A stretch of DNA of 64,000 bases from Actinomycetota bacterium (GCA_040905475.1 JBBDRM010000100.1:26383-90382); one strand, 5' to 3'. Shown: positions 37,449 to 47,577, counted from the stretch's first letter. Made by a program: numbers and translations. The notes: generated by a model not told the origin, from the sequence alone.

Positions 37449-38178
37449 CCTGGCCGATCAGCTCCGGGACGGCACCGCCGTCGGGGTGGATCTTGTGCAA
37501 CTCGCGCACGAGCCGGTCCAGCTCCCCCATGACGCGGTCGGTAACCTCGCGCGCGGCTTCGGCGTCATCACGCCCCTTGAGGTCGTCGAACCGCATCGGC
37601 TCACCGGCTTTGACCGCCATCAACCGCCGCATCTTGTTCGAGCGCCTGCGCCTCTTCGGCCGCACCCACTGCGAACCCCACACCGCGATCGGGACCACCG
37701 GCGCACCGGTCGCGAGCGCGACGCGTCCCACGCCGGTCTTGCCCTGCATCGGAGTGAGGTCCGGGTTGGTGGTGATGGTTGCCTCCGGGTAGATGATCAC
37801 GAGCTCGCCCCGCCCGAGCCATTCGATCGCTTTCTCCACCGGGCCCGTCTCGCCACTCCCCCGCTCCACGGGGATCTGATGCGCGTGCGTGAGCACCAGC
37901 CGGAGGAATGGGTTCTTCCACAGCTCGGCCTTGGCGAAGAAGCGACACTTCCGCCCCGCCCGGTCGATCATGTACGCGTGGCAGAGCGGATCGAAGTATG
38001 AGATATGGTTGCAAGCCACGATGACGGGGCCCGACGTGGGGATGTTCTGTGCGCCGAGCAATCTCCATCGACAGAACAGCTTCAAGAACGGCAAGAGCAG
38101 CGCCCGCGCGAACGCATACATCGGTTCCACGTACGACCTCCTGAGCCCGTCGCCGGGAAGACGCGCCCATCCTAGCAA
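37441..38178 (-). CDS. plsC: 1-acyl-sn-glycerol-3-phosphate acyltransferase
   Basis: The sequence NHISYFDP (HX4D) ... IIYPEATI is present. Confidence 0.85.
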   Translation of the reverse strand: MLGWARLPGDGLRRSYVEPMYAFARALLLPFLKLFCRWRLLGAQNIPTSGPVIVACNHISYFDPLCHAYMIDRAGRKCRFFAKAELWKNPFLRLVLTHAHQIPVERGSGETGPVEKAIEWLGRGELVIIYPEATITTNPDLTPMQGKTGVGRVALATGAPVVPIAVWGSQWVRPKRRRRSNKMRRLMAVKAGEPMRFDDLKGRDDAEAAREVTDRVMGELDRLVRELHKIHPDGGAVPELIGQDG

Positions 38179-38208
38179 CGGCCCCTACGGGCTCGAAGGT
38201 GCTTCCCG

Positions 38209-38850
38209 ATGAGGATCTGCCTCGTTCCGATGAAACCGCTCGCCGGAGCGAAGGAGCGCCTCGCACCGGCCCTCGACCCCGACGAACGACGCCGCCTGTC
38301 CCTCGCCATGCTTGCCGACGTGATAGCTGCAGCACACGGCTTCGACCGGGTGTGGGTACTTCAGTCCGACAACGACGCAGCGGTAGTCGCACAGCGCTTC
38401 GGCGCCGATCCGCGCCCCGACCCCGCGCCGGGCCGCGGCCTCAACGCTTCGCTCGACGCAGCGACCGCGGACGCCGTGTCGGCCCGCGCGACCGGCGTGC
38501 TCGTCGTGGCGGCGGACCTCGCGGCCGCGACGGCGGAAGACCTTCGCGCGCTCGCGCAGGGGGACGGCGTGGCGCTCGCCCCAGACGCCGGCGGCTCGGG
38601 AACAAACGCCCTCTGGCGCCACCCGGCGGACGTCATCGGGGCGGCGTTCGGTCCGGCCAGCCGCGCCGCGCACGAAGCCGCCGCCGCCGCGGCCGGCGCG
38701 GCGTTCCGCACCCTGAACTCGCCCCGGCTGGCCGCCGACGTCGATACTTCAGAAGCCCTCGCCGCGGTGTGGGCCCTCGGGCCGGGGCCCGCGACCCGTC
38801 GTGCGCTCGAGGACATGGGCATCGCGGCGCGCTTGCGGCTCGCCGGCTGA
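38209..38850 (+). CDS. cofC: 2-phospho-L-lactate guanylyltransferase (F420 biosynthesis CofC/FbiD)
   Basis: The sequence MRICLVPMKPLAGAKERLAPAL...GTNAL is present, with typical CofC N-terminus and size. Confidence 0.7.
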   Translation: MRICLVPMKPLAGAKERLAPALDPDERRRLSLAMLADVIAAAHGFDRVWVLQSDNDAAVVAQRFGADPRPDPAPGRGLNASLDAATADAVSARATGVLVVAADLAAATAEDLRALAQGDGVALAPDAGGSGTNALWRHPADVIGAAFGPASRAAHEAAAAAAGAAFRTLNSPRLAADVDTSEALAAVWALGPGPATRRALEDMGIAARLRLAG

Positions 38851-38877
38851 ACGGTTCGCGAGAACGAGGAGACGTCA

Positions 38878-40006
38878 TATGACGTTGGAGATCGGTGCTC
38901 CCGGAAACATCATGCCGCCCATCGAGGGCGTACTGAGGACGGCGATGCGCAACGAACAGAAGGGCTACGACGCTCTCTGGTGGCCCGACCATCTGATGGG
39001 CTGGCATCCAGAGTCGATCTGGACGGCGGACGTCACGCCGCTGGCGAACTTCCAGTCGAACCCGCACATCTACTTCGACCCGGTCGCATGTATCGCGGCG
39101 GCCGCGACCCACACCGACCGCATCCGCCTCGGCACGAGCGTGACCGAGCCGGTCCGGCGGCATCCGGCCATGCTCGCGAATGAATGGCTGACGCTCGATC
39201 ACTTCTCCAAGAGCCGCGTGATCCTCGGGATCGGAGCCGGCGAAGGCGAGAACATCATCCCCTACGGCATGGACTTCTCGAAGCCGGCGTCGCGATTCGA
39301 GGAGGCCCTAACGATCATCCGCTTGTTGTGGGAGAACGACGAGCCGGTCGACTTCGACGGGGACGTCTGGACCATGCGGCGCGCCGTCTGCGGCATGGGC
39401 CCGTACACGCCCGGCGTCTTCCCCCCGATCTGGACGGGCGCACACGGCCCGCGGATGCTCGAGATCACCGGCCGTCTCGCCGACGGCTGGCTCCCGACCC
39501 GGATGTCGCCCCAGGAGTACGGTCATCGCCTCGGGGTGATCCGCGCCGCCGCCGAGAAGGCGGACCGCGACCTCTCCACGTTCACGCCCGGCTTGTGGGC
39601 GTACACGGTCGTCGCGAACGACCACGAGGAAGCACACCGCATCCTGAACGAGACGCTGCCGAAAGGCTTCCAGTTGGTGCTGCCGAGCGAGGAGTACGAG
39701 AAGCGCGGTTTCTCCCATCCGCTCGGCTCGAAGTTCCAAGGCCTCCGCGACTACATCCCGACCCATTTCGCGAAGGACGAGGCCCTCAAGGCGATCGGCC
39801 AGATCCCAGACGAGATCTCGCACGAGTTCACGCTGCACGGCACGCCCGACGATATCGTGGCCGAACTCCGGGAGTTCGAGGCCGTCGGCGTGCGACACGT
39901 GGTGCCGTGGAACATCACGTTCCTCGGCGACGCGACCAAGGTCCGCGAATCGTTCCATCTGCTCGACGACGTCCTCGCGTCGATCAAGTCCCGTTCGGTA
40001 TCGTAG
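38878..40006 (+). CDS. LLM-class (luciferase-like) F420-dependent oxidoreductase
   Basis: The sequences LGTSVTEP, LGIGAGEGEN, VDFDGDVW and GRLADGWLP are present. It is adjacent to cofC. Confidence 0.65.
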
Positions 40007-40025
40007 CCGCGCCCAAGGAGGACGC

Positions 40026-40232
40026 ATGGCACAGGGAACCATAAGGACGTACAACGCCCAGAGCAGGAGCGGGCTCATCCTGGACGACGCGAAGAACGAG
40101 ATCCCGTTCGACCACCAAGCCTTCCGCGATACCGGGATCCGCGAGTTCCGGATCGGCCAGCGAGTGAAGTTCAACCTGGAAGGCGACCGGTCGCAACCGA
40201 AGGTCCGCGACCTCACCATCGTCAGCTTCTGA
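40026..40232 (+). CDS. Cold-shock protein (CSD)
   Basis: The sequence MAQGTIRTYNAQSRSGLILDD...IGQRVKF is present. Confidence 0.9.
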   Translation: MAQGTIRTYNAQSRSGLILDDAKNEIPFDHQAFRDTGIREFRIGQRVKFNLEGDRSQPKVRDLTIVSF

Positions 40233-40251
40233 CGATCCGTCCGGAGGACCT

Positions 40252-41043
40252 ATGCCGCAAGGTGAACTGAACGGCTGGCGTTACGCCTACACGGACGAAG
40301 GATCGGGCCCCGCCGTCCTTCTGCTGCACGGCCTGCTGATGGATCGTTCGATGTGGGATGGTCAGATCGACGAGCTCAAAGACCACTACCGGCTCGTCGC
40401 GATCGATATGCCCGGACACGGCGAGAGCGCCGGGGTCGAGCTCGGCATCGACTTCTGGCAGTACGCAGACATGGTCGCAGCGATCTGCGATCAGCTCGGG
40501 ATCGGCTCCGCATACTGGTGCGGTCAGTCGACGGGCGGATGGACGTCCATCCGTGCTGCGATAGCGCATCCCGATCGCGCAATGGGTCTGGTTCTCATCG
40601 ACACCCAGGCGCATGAGGAGGACCGTGACAAGCTCGCGCAGTACGAGGCGTTCCTTCAGGTCGCGCTCGCCGACGGAGTCAGTGAGGATCTCGCGTCGAT
40701 CCTCTTGACGCTCCTGTTCAGCGGCACCTACGCGGCGAAGCCGGAGTCCGACGCGTGGCGCAAGAAGCTGATGTCTGCCGACATCGAGGGCGAGCACGCC
40801 ATCGTTCGCGCGGTGTTCGATCGAGAAGACGTTCACGACCGGCTGGGCGAGATCAACTGTCCCGCGGTCGTGATCCATGGGCTCGAGGACATCGCGATCG
40901 AGCCGGAGCGCGGCGAAGAGCTCGCGCGAGCGCTCGGAGCCCCGTACGTCCCGATCGAGGCCGCGGGCCACGCGTCTCCGGTGGAGCAACCCACACCAGT
41001 GACGGCGGCCATCCGGGAGTTCCTGGACTCCCAGAAGACGTAG
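40252..41043 (+). CDS. Alpha/beta-fold hydrolase
   Basis: The sequence LLLHGLLMDRSMW...WCGQSTGG (nucleophile elbow) ... IHGLEDI ... GH is present. Confidence 0.8.
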   Translation: MPQGELNGWRYAYTDEGSGPAVLLLHGLLMDRSMWDGQIDELKDHYRLVAIDMPGHGESAGVELGIDFWQYADMVAAICDQLGIGSAYWCGQSTGGWTSIRAAIAHPDRAMGLVLIDTQAHEEDRDKLAQYEAFLQVALADGVSEDLASILLTLLFSGTYAAKPESDAWRKKLMSADIEGEHAIVRAVFDREDVHDRLGEINCPAVVIHGLEDIAIEPERGEELARALGAPYVPIEAAGHASPVEQPTPVTAAIREFLDSQKT

Positions 41044-41063
41044 CTCATGTGCGGAATAGGTTG

Positions 41064-41087
41064 AGGGCGGGACTGGGTCCCGCCCTC
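41064..41087. terminator. Bidirectional terminator hairpin between the hydrolase and hupB
   Basis: GAGGGCGGGAC-tgg-GTCCCGCCCTC is a perfect 11-bp stem. Confidence 0.5.
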
Positions 41088-41103
41088 AGTGCTACCCAGC
41101 CGT

Positions 41104-41529
41104 CTAGCGCTTGCGCTTGGCCGGGCCCTTCTTCGCAGCGGCCTTCTTGGGCGCGGCCTTCTTCGCCGTCGCCTTCTTGGGCGCTGCCGTAGCCTTCTGC
41201 GCGGGGAGCGCCGGGAGCTTCAGGCTGCCCGACACGTACTCTTTGAACTGCTTCGCCGGCGAGAAGCGCGGGAGGCGCCGCTCGGGGCGCGCCGCGATCT
41301 TGATGCTCTCGCCGGTGAAGGGGTTCTTCCCCATGCCGGCCTTGCGCGCTGCCTGCACGCGCTGGGTGAACCGACCGAAGCCGGTCAACGCCACCTTCCG
41401 CCCCGACTTCACCGCGTCCTGGATGGTACGCACGGTGTGCTCGTAAACCTGCTCTACCTCCTTGCGGGCCATGCCGGTCCGCTCAGAGACGGTCTTGAGC
41501 AGTTGCGAGCGATTCAGTGTGTCTGCCAC
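41104..41529 (-). CDS. hupB: Histone-like DNA-binding protein HU with a Lys/Ala-rich (AKKA/PAKK repeat) C-terminal tail, Hlp/HupB type
   Basis: The sequence MADTLNRSQLLKTVSERTGMARKEVEQVYE...GFGRF...PAKQFKEYV plus AAPKKATAKKAAPKKAAAKKGPAKRKR is present. Confidence 0.9.
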   Translation of the reverse strand: MADTLNRSQLLKTVSERTGMARKEVEQVYEHTVRTIQDAVKSGRKVALTGFGRFTQRVQAARKAGMGKNPFTGESIKIAARPERRLPRFSPAKQFKEYVSGSLKLPALPAQKATAAPKKATAKKAAPKKAAAKKGPAKRKR

Positions 41530-41735
41530 TAACCACCTCCCGGTATCGATGCCGTCGGAACGCTAACCGAGGAGAGGGCAAGAGTCAAAGAACCCCGTGT
41601 TTTCTAGGGGAAACCGCGCTTGGTTAACCAACGGGCATTTCTCCTCCGATGTACCAACGGCCATGTCCGGCCATCTGCCTGCACGGCGACCCTGGTGGAA
41701 GCAAGCCCTACCCGGGCGGACGGTGGGAGGTAGAG

Positions 41736-43085
41736 ATGACCTGGTGCGCGAGATGCGATGTGCTCACGACGGTATCCGTGGGCGACCCGTGTCCGGCGTG
41801 TGGCGTCCCAACTCTCGACGCGGCACCGGTGAGAGGCAAGGCACGTTCGCCGATCCAGGTGCTCGAGCTTGAGGAGGCACCGATCGTTCATATCCCGGAC
41901 GCTGGTCTCGACACCACCGACCCATCCGTCGAGCCGAGCAAGCCGCAGAGCCGACGACGCGCCGTGTTGTCACGTCTCCGCGCTCATTCGCGGCTCATCG
42001 CGATCGCGCTCACGACGGCGCTCGTCGGCGCGGTGTACGTAGGGACGCGGCCAGATCCGGAGGCGGGATCCAGGGCGCAACCGACGGGGACGCCGACCGC
42101 GTCTCCGGCTCCCCAAGGACCCGTTCTTAGAGAGCCGGCCAACGGCTGGGCGGTGTTCGCGCTCGAGCACGGCTTCACGCTGCTCGATCTGCCGACCGGA
42201 GCGGAGCACAGCATCGAGGTGGAGGGCTCGATCCTCGAATTCGCGCCATCACCCAGGGGCGGGCGCATCGCATACACCGACGAAGTTCGTGTTCTCTATG
42301 TCACGACGGCCCAAGGCCGAGCTCCCGTCACCATAGCCACGGAGGTCAGCAGCTTCTCGTGGACCCCAGACGGCGACGCACTCGTCGTCGGTCGTTCGCA
42401 GACGGACGGACAGGGCTCGGAGCGCATGCGAGTCGAGCTGATCAGCTTGGCCGACCGCACGCCGCTCCTCCTCATGGAGAGTCAGTGGTTCGCGGGTCCG
42501 GTGATCTCCTCCGGCTTCACACATCTCGTTACGCTCTACGAGGGTGACACGCCGAGCGTTTTCGACCTTCAGCCGGGCAGCAAGCCGCGGCTGATCCGTA
42601 AGAACGCGGCGCTGCTCGACGCCTCGACGGACGGACGTCATGCCCTGCTCGCGACCAACAACGGCCAGCGTCTGATCATGGTCGACTTGCAGACCAAGAA
42701 GGCCCGCCGGATCGGGCCCGACATCTTCCTCACGGCCGCTGCGAAGTTCTCCCCCGATGGTCGGACGGCCGCCGTCACCGGCACGTCACATTTCACGCTC
42801 GAGGAGAGCCACTGCGAAGCCCCGGAGGCGACGTGCGACCGCTATCCCTACCCGACGGATCAGACGCTGTGGTCGCTGGACGTGAAGACGCTCGAGCTGA
42901 GCTCCATCCGGTCATGGCCGAGTCCCGAGTTCGCGAGCGCGCCGGTCTGGGGTCCGAACGGATGGGTGTTCATGGCCAACTCCCAGGGGCCGGTCGCCAT
43001 CTCCATGACCGACCCATCCAAGACCCCGGTCGAATTCACCACCACGTACGGCGCCGCAGAAACCGCGCCCAAGTACCTGGCTTGA
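41736..43085 (+). CDS. Bitopic protein: cytoplasmic Zn-ribbon + TM helix + extracytoplasmic TolB/PD40-like beta-propeller
   Basis: The sequence MTWCARCDV...CPACG is followed by the TM helix LIAIALTTALVGAVYVG. PD40-like repeats follow (WTPDGDALVV, FSPDGRTAAVTG). ATG follows GGGAGG. Confidence 0.6.
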   Translation: MTWCARCDVLTTVSVGDPCPACGVPTLDAAPVRGKARSPIQVLELEEAPIVHIPDAGLDTTDPSVEPSKPQSRRRAVLSRLRAHSRLIAIALTTALVGAVYVGTRPDPEAGSRAQPTGTPTASPAPQGPVLREPANGWAVFALEHGFTLLDLPTGAEHSIEVEGSILEFAPSPRGGRIAYTDEVRVLYVTTAQGRAPVTIATEVSSFSWTPDGDALVVGRSQTDGQGSERMRVELISLADRTPLLLMESQWFAGPVISSGFTHLVTLYEGDTPSVFDLQPGSKPRLIRKNAALLDASTDGRHALLATNNGQRLIMVDLQTKKARRIGPDIFLTAAAKFSPDGRTAAVTGTSHFTLEESHCEAPEATCDRYPYPTDQTLWSLDVKTLELSSIRSWPSPEFASAPVWGPNGWVFMANSQGPVAISMTDPSKTPVEFTTTYGAAETAPKYLA

Positions 43086-43164
43086 GCCCCCCGCCCGGGG
43101 AAAGGCGGGCCGGCTCAACGGGCCGGCCCGCCGCACGTTCGCGGGCGTCGACCCTTGGAAGGCG

Positions 43165-43190
43165 GGAGCCCGGCCTATTCGGCCGGGCTC
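43165..43190. terminator. Bidirectional terminator hairpin between convergent surface-protein genes
   Basis: GGAGCCCGGCC-tatt-CGGCCGGGCTCC has a perfect 11-bp stem. Confidence 0.5.
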
Positions 43191-43212
43191 CGCGGCTTGC
43201 CAGGGCTTCGCG

Positions 43213-44919
43213 CTACGGCTTCGTGCGGCGCAGCGACCTGATGCTCACACCCGCGAGGCTGAGGAGGCTCAGGGCGCCCACGTAGAAGGCTCCGCTGGTC
43301 CCAACACCCGTCTCGGGGAGGAACTTGGCCTTGAGCACGACCAGCACCTTGAGCGGAGGCGAGTTGCCCACGACCGTGCTGCCGTCGCCCTCACCGTCGC
43401 AGTTGCCGAGCACCGCGGCGGCGGTCGCGATGTCTTCGATGATGCCACCGCCGCCCTGCGCGCGAAGGGTCACGGACACGGTCTTGCTTCCGCCCTTCGC
43501 GATCGGACCGATGTTGTCCCATACCACGGTCCCCGAATCGAGATTCGATCCCGCGGGAACCTGGTTGGCTGTCGGGCTCGTGCTGAGCACCTGGAACTTC
43601 GCGTCACCTTCGGTCGTGATCTTGTCGACGACCTTGACGACCGTCATGTCGCAGCCGAAGGGGTTGTCGACCTTGATCGACGTGGTGAACGCCTGGCCGA
43701 CCGTGACGCCGTTCAGGTTCGAGGTCTTCGAGACCGGAATGCCGCAGTCGATGCCGCCCACCGGAACCTGCGCTGCGACCTCCATGTGACCGAAGCGGAG
43801 GTCCAGTGCCTCACCGTCGAGCACCTTGACGCGGACGACGTCCAGCGCCGCCGAGGCGCTGGTGCCGTTCGCCGCGACCGAAGGCTCGGTCGTGTCGTCG
43901 CCGCCGATCGCCCGCGGGTTCTCGCCGATGACGAGCTCGAGGACGCCGGGGATGATGATCGGGAGACCCTCGTCACCGAGGATGTCCTGGAACGTGATGA
44001 TGTCGGTGATCTCCCCGTCCTGGATGATGCGCAGGATCGGCGTCGAGGGGCTTGCCTCGCCGGGACCGAAGTGGATGTGCGAGCTGCCGGGGATGCCCCC
44101 GGCCGTCGCGCGCAGGACCCACTCACCGAGGAAATCGAGCGTCAGTGCGCCGTCCGCCAATGTCACCGGAGCGATCGTCATCCGTACCTCGGACGAGAGA
44201 CCGAACCTCAGACCGAGCGGGTTGCCGGCCGCGTTCTGCTGAACGTCGAGGAACGTGTGCGAGAACGACTGAGCGACCCGCCGGTCGGCCGGAAGCTCGG
44301 AGTTAACCGAGATCAGCGGCGCGTCCAGGTTGCCGTCGCCCTCGGGATCGGTCGTGCCCGTCTCGACAAGCTCGACGTTGGCCGCGTAGCCGAGGCCGTT
44401 GCTGAGGTCCTTGCCGAGCACGCAGGTGCTGGAGTTGCTCCAGTTCGCTTCCGCTGCGCCGCGGAGCAGCGAGGCGTACGCGATCGGCGAAGCGGGGAGG
44501 CCGAGAAGCTCGTCCATCGTCGAAGTGTTCGGCGGAGCAGCCGCTTCGGCGATCTGGATCTGGAGATCGTTCGCCGTGTCGTCGTCGACACCAAGCCCGA
44601 GCTCGAGGCCCGAGCCGCGGCCGGCCGTCTTCTTGGTCGGCTGCGCCGCGATCACGGTCCGGTCGAGGCCGGCTTCGTTCTTGATGGCGCTCGTCAACCC
44701 CTTCGAGTCGACGGCCGCGCCGGTCCAAGCCTCTTCCACGTTGGCGACGTTCACGCCGGTAGCGTGAAGCGCGTCTGCGTGGAGCACTTGACCGGTTGCG
44801 TAGCCGGAGAAATCCGCCTCATCGAACGGGACTGCCGATGCCGGGATCGCCACAACCGCGATAGCGAGTAGGGCGACCAGCAGGGCGGCTACCAACCGTC
44901 CGCTCCTGTGTACTGCCAT
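43213..44919 (-). CDS. Secreted cell-wall-anchored surface protein with a sortase sorting signal (LPETG + hydrophobic segment + RSLRRTKP) and a DUF11-like C-terminal repeat domain
   Basis: The signal peptide is MAVHRSGRLVAALLVALLAIAVVAIPASA. LPETG lies 35 aa from the C-terminus. A DUF11-like block (NGVTVGQAFTTSIKVDNPFG...GSKTVSVTLRA) is present. ATG at 44917-44919 follows GGGAGG. Confidence 0.7.
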   Translation of the reverse strand: MAVHRSGRLVAALLVALLAIAVVAIPASAVPFDEADFSGYATGQVLHADALHATGVNVANVEEAWTGAAVDSKGLTSAIKNEAGLDRTVIAAQPTKKTAGRGSGLELGLGVDDDTANDLQIQIAEAAAPPNTSTMDELLGLPASPIAYASLLRGAAEANWSNSSTCVLGKDLSNGLGYAANVELVETGTTDPEGDGNLDAPLISVNSELPADRRVAQSFSHTFLDVQQNAAGNPLGLRFGLSSEVRMTIAPVTLADGALTLDFLGEWVLRATAGGIPGSSHIHFGPGEASPSTPILRIIQDGEITDIITFQDILGDEGLPIIIPGVLELVIGENPRAIGGDDTTEPSVAANGTSASAALDVVRVKVLDGEALDLRFGHMEVAAQVPVGGIDCGIPVSKTSNLNGVTVGQAFTTSIKVDNPFGCDMTVVKVVDKITTEGDAKFQVLSTSPTANQVPAGSNLDSGTVVWDNIGPIAKGGSKTVSVTLRAQGGGGIIEDIATAAAVLGNCDGEGDGSTVVGNSPPLKVLVVLKAKFLPETGVGTSGAFYVGALSLLSLAGVSIRSLRRTKP

Positions 44920-45226
44920 CTGCTCCAACCTCCCTCGACGAACCAATCCGACCTTTGTTTCTACCCTCGCCGGAACCACACTAACTTCACTCAAGTTCCC
45001 AAAGCAGAGCCTTTCGCCGAAACCGCTCAGGACCCTGCTACTTACCTAATGCGAATGCATGAGGAAACTCTTACGCGACTGGTTTCCCCTCTTAACGACG
45101 TGACTCCTCTCAGTGGCCGTCAGGTTACCCGCTCTGGTTGCTTTTGAACCGGAACGTAACCATTGCGCGAACACGGTAGGTGATGGTAGGACTTCGCAGA
45201 TTTGGCCTGGGACGAAAAACCCGTCC

Positions 45227-46420
45227 TTATCGGCGCAGCGACCCGAACGGGACGTCCTTGTCGGGTGCGGAATCACGCGGCAGACCAAGCACTCGCTCTC
45301 CGATGAGGTTGCGCTGGATCTCGTCGGTCCCCCCGCCCAGCCGGAATGCCGGCCATCCCAGAAACGCCCGTTGGACTCCTTCTTCTCCCATAACGCTTCC
45401 ATCGGGCCCAAGGACACGCATACCCACCATCGCGGTCTGTCCAACGAGGTTCGCAAGGACGAGTTTCGCGATCGACCCTTCAGCGTCGGGGATCTGCCCG
45501 CGGCCGAGCTTCGAGAGGATCCGGGCGTTCAGCAGTGCAAGTATCCGACCCTGCGTGTAGACCCGGGCGAGCGCGTCCCGTGTTAGCGGATCGATCCCGT
45601 CCGGCGCCCGCTCCCGCGCCAGCTGCACGAGACGTTCGAAGGGGAACGTGTAGCCGCCGCTCGCACTGCCGATCGACATGCGTTCGTGCATGAGGGTAGT
45701 GATGGCGATCCGCCAGCCGTCGCCCGGCTCGCCCAGCCGGTCGGCGTGCGGCACGCGGACGTCGTTGAGGAAGACCTCGTTGAAGTGCGAGTTGCCGTCC
45801 ATCTGCTTGAGGGGGCGAACCTCGACGCCGGGCGACGACATGTCGACGATCAGATAGACGAGGCCCTTGTGCTTCGGCACGTCGAAGTCGTGCCGCGCAA
45901 GGAGCAGGCCGTAGTGCGCCTCGTGAGCGAGCGAGGACCAAACCTTTTGACCGTTGACGACCCACTCGTCGCCGTCACGGACCGCTCGTGTCGACAGCGA
46001 CGCGAGATCCGAGCCGGCACCGGGTTCGGAGAAGAGCTGGCACCAGATCTCGTCGCCGTTGAGCAGCGGCGGAAGGTACCGCGCTTTCTGCTCGGGCGAG
46101 CCGTGCGCGATGACGGTAGGCCCGGCCATCCCGAAGCCGACCACGTTGAACGGGATCGTCGCACCGATGCGAGCCTTCTCCTCGCCCCAGATGGTGGATT
46201 CGAGTGGGCCGAAGCCGCGCCCCCCGAACTCCGCCGGCCACGAGGGCGCACCCCATCCGGCTTGCGCAAGGCGGTGCTGCCATGCGCGCGACCGTGCCGG
46301 GTTCGGCACGCCGGTGTCGGGATGCTCGGCGTTGAACGCCGGCCAATTCTCCTCCAGCCAGGCGCGCGCCTCGGCGCGTACCGCTGCGAGATGCTCGGGC
46401 TCGTCGAAGCGCATCATCAC
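45227..46420 (-). CDS. Acyl-CoA dehydrogenase
   Basis: The ACAD N/M/C domains are present (LFSEPGAGSDLASLSTRAV...NGQKVW). It is the last gene of the long operon. Confidence 0.85.
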   Translation of the reverse strand: MMMRFDEPEHLAAVRAEARAWLEENWPAFNAEHPDTGVPNPARSRAWQHRLAQAGWGAPSWPAEFGGRGFGPLESTIWGEEKARIGATIPFNVVGFGMAGPTVIAHGSPEQKARYLPPLLNGDEIWCQLFSEPGAGSDLASLSTRAVRDGDEWVVNGQKVWSSLAHEAHYGLLLARHDFDVPKHKGLVYLIVDMSSPGVEVRPLKQMDGNSHFNEVFLNDVRVPHADRLGEPGDGWRIAITTLMHERMSIGSASGGYTFPFERLVQLARERAPDGIDPLTRDALARVYTQGRILALLNARILSKLGRGQIPDAEGSIAKLVLANLVGQTAMVGMRVLGPDGSVMGEEGVQRAFLGWPAFRLGGGTDEIQRNLIGERVLGLPRDSAPDKDVPFGSLRR

Positions 46421-47577
46421 TCCCTCGATAGAACGATCCCGCTCGTCGGCACGCCGACGCCGGCGGTGACGAGCACGTTGGACACGTCGGGCACTTGATT
46501 GGCCGCGGCGCCGCGGATCTGCCGAACGCCCTCGGCGACGCCGTTCATGCCGTGGATGTATCCCTCCCCCAGCTGGCCGCCGTTGGTGTTGATCGGAAGC
46601 CTGCCGCCCGGGCCGATGCCCGTGTCACGCACGAAGTCCTTCGACTCACCCGGGCCGCAGAAGCCGAACTCCTCGAGCTGCAAGAGCACGAACGGCGTGA
46701 AGGGGTCGTAGATGACCGCTGTCTGGATGTCGGCCGGCGTGAGGCCCGACTGCCGCCAGAGCTGCCGCGAGACGGCGGCTACCTCGGGGAGGTGGGTCAG
46801 GTCGTCGCGGTAATAGGACGTCATCTCCTCCTGGCCCGCGCCGGAGCCCTGCGCGGCTGCTCGGATGATCGCCGGGGTCTGGCGGAGGTCTTTCGCGCGC
46901 TCGGCGCTCGTGACGACCACGGCCACGCCGCCGTCGGATTCCTGACAGCAGTCGAGCAGGCGGAGCGGCTCGACGATCCAGCGGCTGGACTGATGATCCT
47001 CCAAGGTGATCGGCTTCCCGTGGAACCAGGCGTCCGGGTTCGTTGCCGCGAACGCGCGATGCGCGACGGCGACGCGCCCGAGGTCCTCGCTCGTCGCGCC
47101 GTAGGTGTGCATGTATCGCTGCGCGAACATCGCGACCCAGCTTGCCGGCGTCGTGAGGCCGAACGGCGTGTACCAGCTGTAGTGGATGAGCTCGGCCGTC
47201 GGCTTGTCGTGGATGCTCAAACCGAATCGGCGCCAGGAGCGGCCGTTCAGTGCCCGGTACGCGATCACGACTTCGGCCGAGCCGGTCGCGACGGCCATCG
47301 CCGCCTGGTGGATAACGGCGCATGCTGCTCCGCCGCCGTAATGGATCCGGCTGTAGAAGCTCAGGTCGCCGCACCCGAGGTTCCGGGCGAGCTCGATCTC
47401 TTCGTTCGAGTCCATCGTGAACGTGCAGAACCCGTCGACGTCGGCGGGGCTGAGCCCGGCGTCGGCGAGCGCGGCGGAGGCCGCCTCGACGGCGAGGCGC
47501 ATCTCGGTGCGGCCGGACTCCTTGGAGAACTCGGTCTGGCCGATCCCGGCGATCGCGGCGCGTCCGGCGAGGCTCAT
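46417..47577 (-). CDS. SCP-x/Ltp-type thiolase-like protein
   Basis: The sequence MSLAGRAAIAGIGQTEF is present on a thiolase fold. The track ORF is over-extended. The start overlaps the MaoC stop (ATGA). Confidence 0.8.
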   Translation of the reverse strand: MSLAGRAAIAGIGQTEFSKESGRTEMRLAVEAASAALADAGLSPADVDGFCTFTMDSNEEIELARNLGCGDLSFYSRIHYGGGAACAVIHQAAMAVATGSAEVVIAYRALNGRSWRRFGLSIHDKPTAELIHYSWYTPFGLTTPASWVAMFAQRYMHTYGATSEDLGRVAVAHRAFAATNPDAWFHGKPITLEDHQSSRWIVEPLRLLDCCQESDGGVAVVVTSAERAKDLRQTPAIIRAAAQGSGAGQEEMTSYYRDDLTHLPEVAAVSRQLWRQSGLTPADIQTAVIYDPFTPFVLLQLEEFGFCGPGESKDFVRDTGIGPGGRLPINTNGGQLGEGYIHGMNGVAEGVRQIRGAAANQVPDVSNVLVTAGVGVPTSGIVLSRE

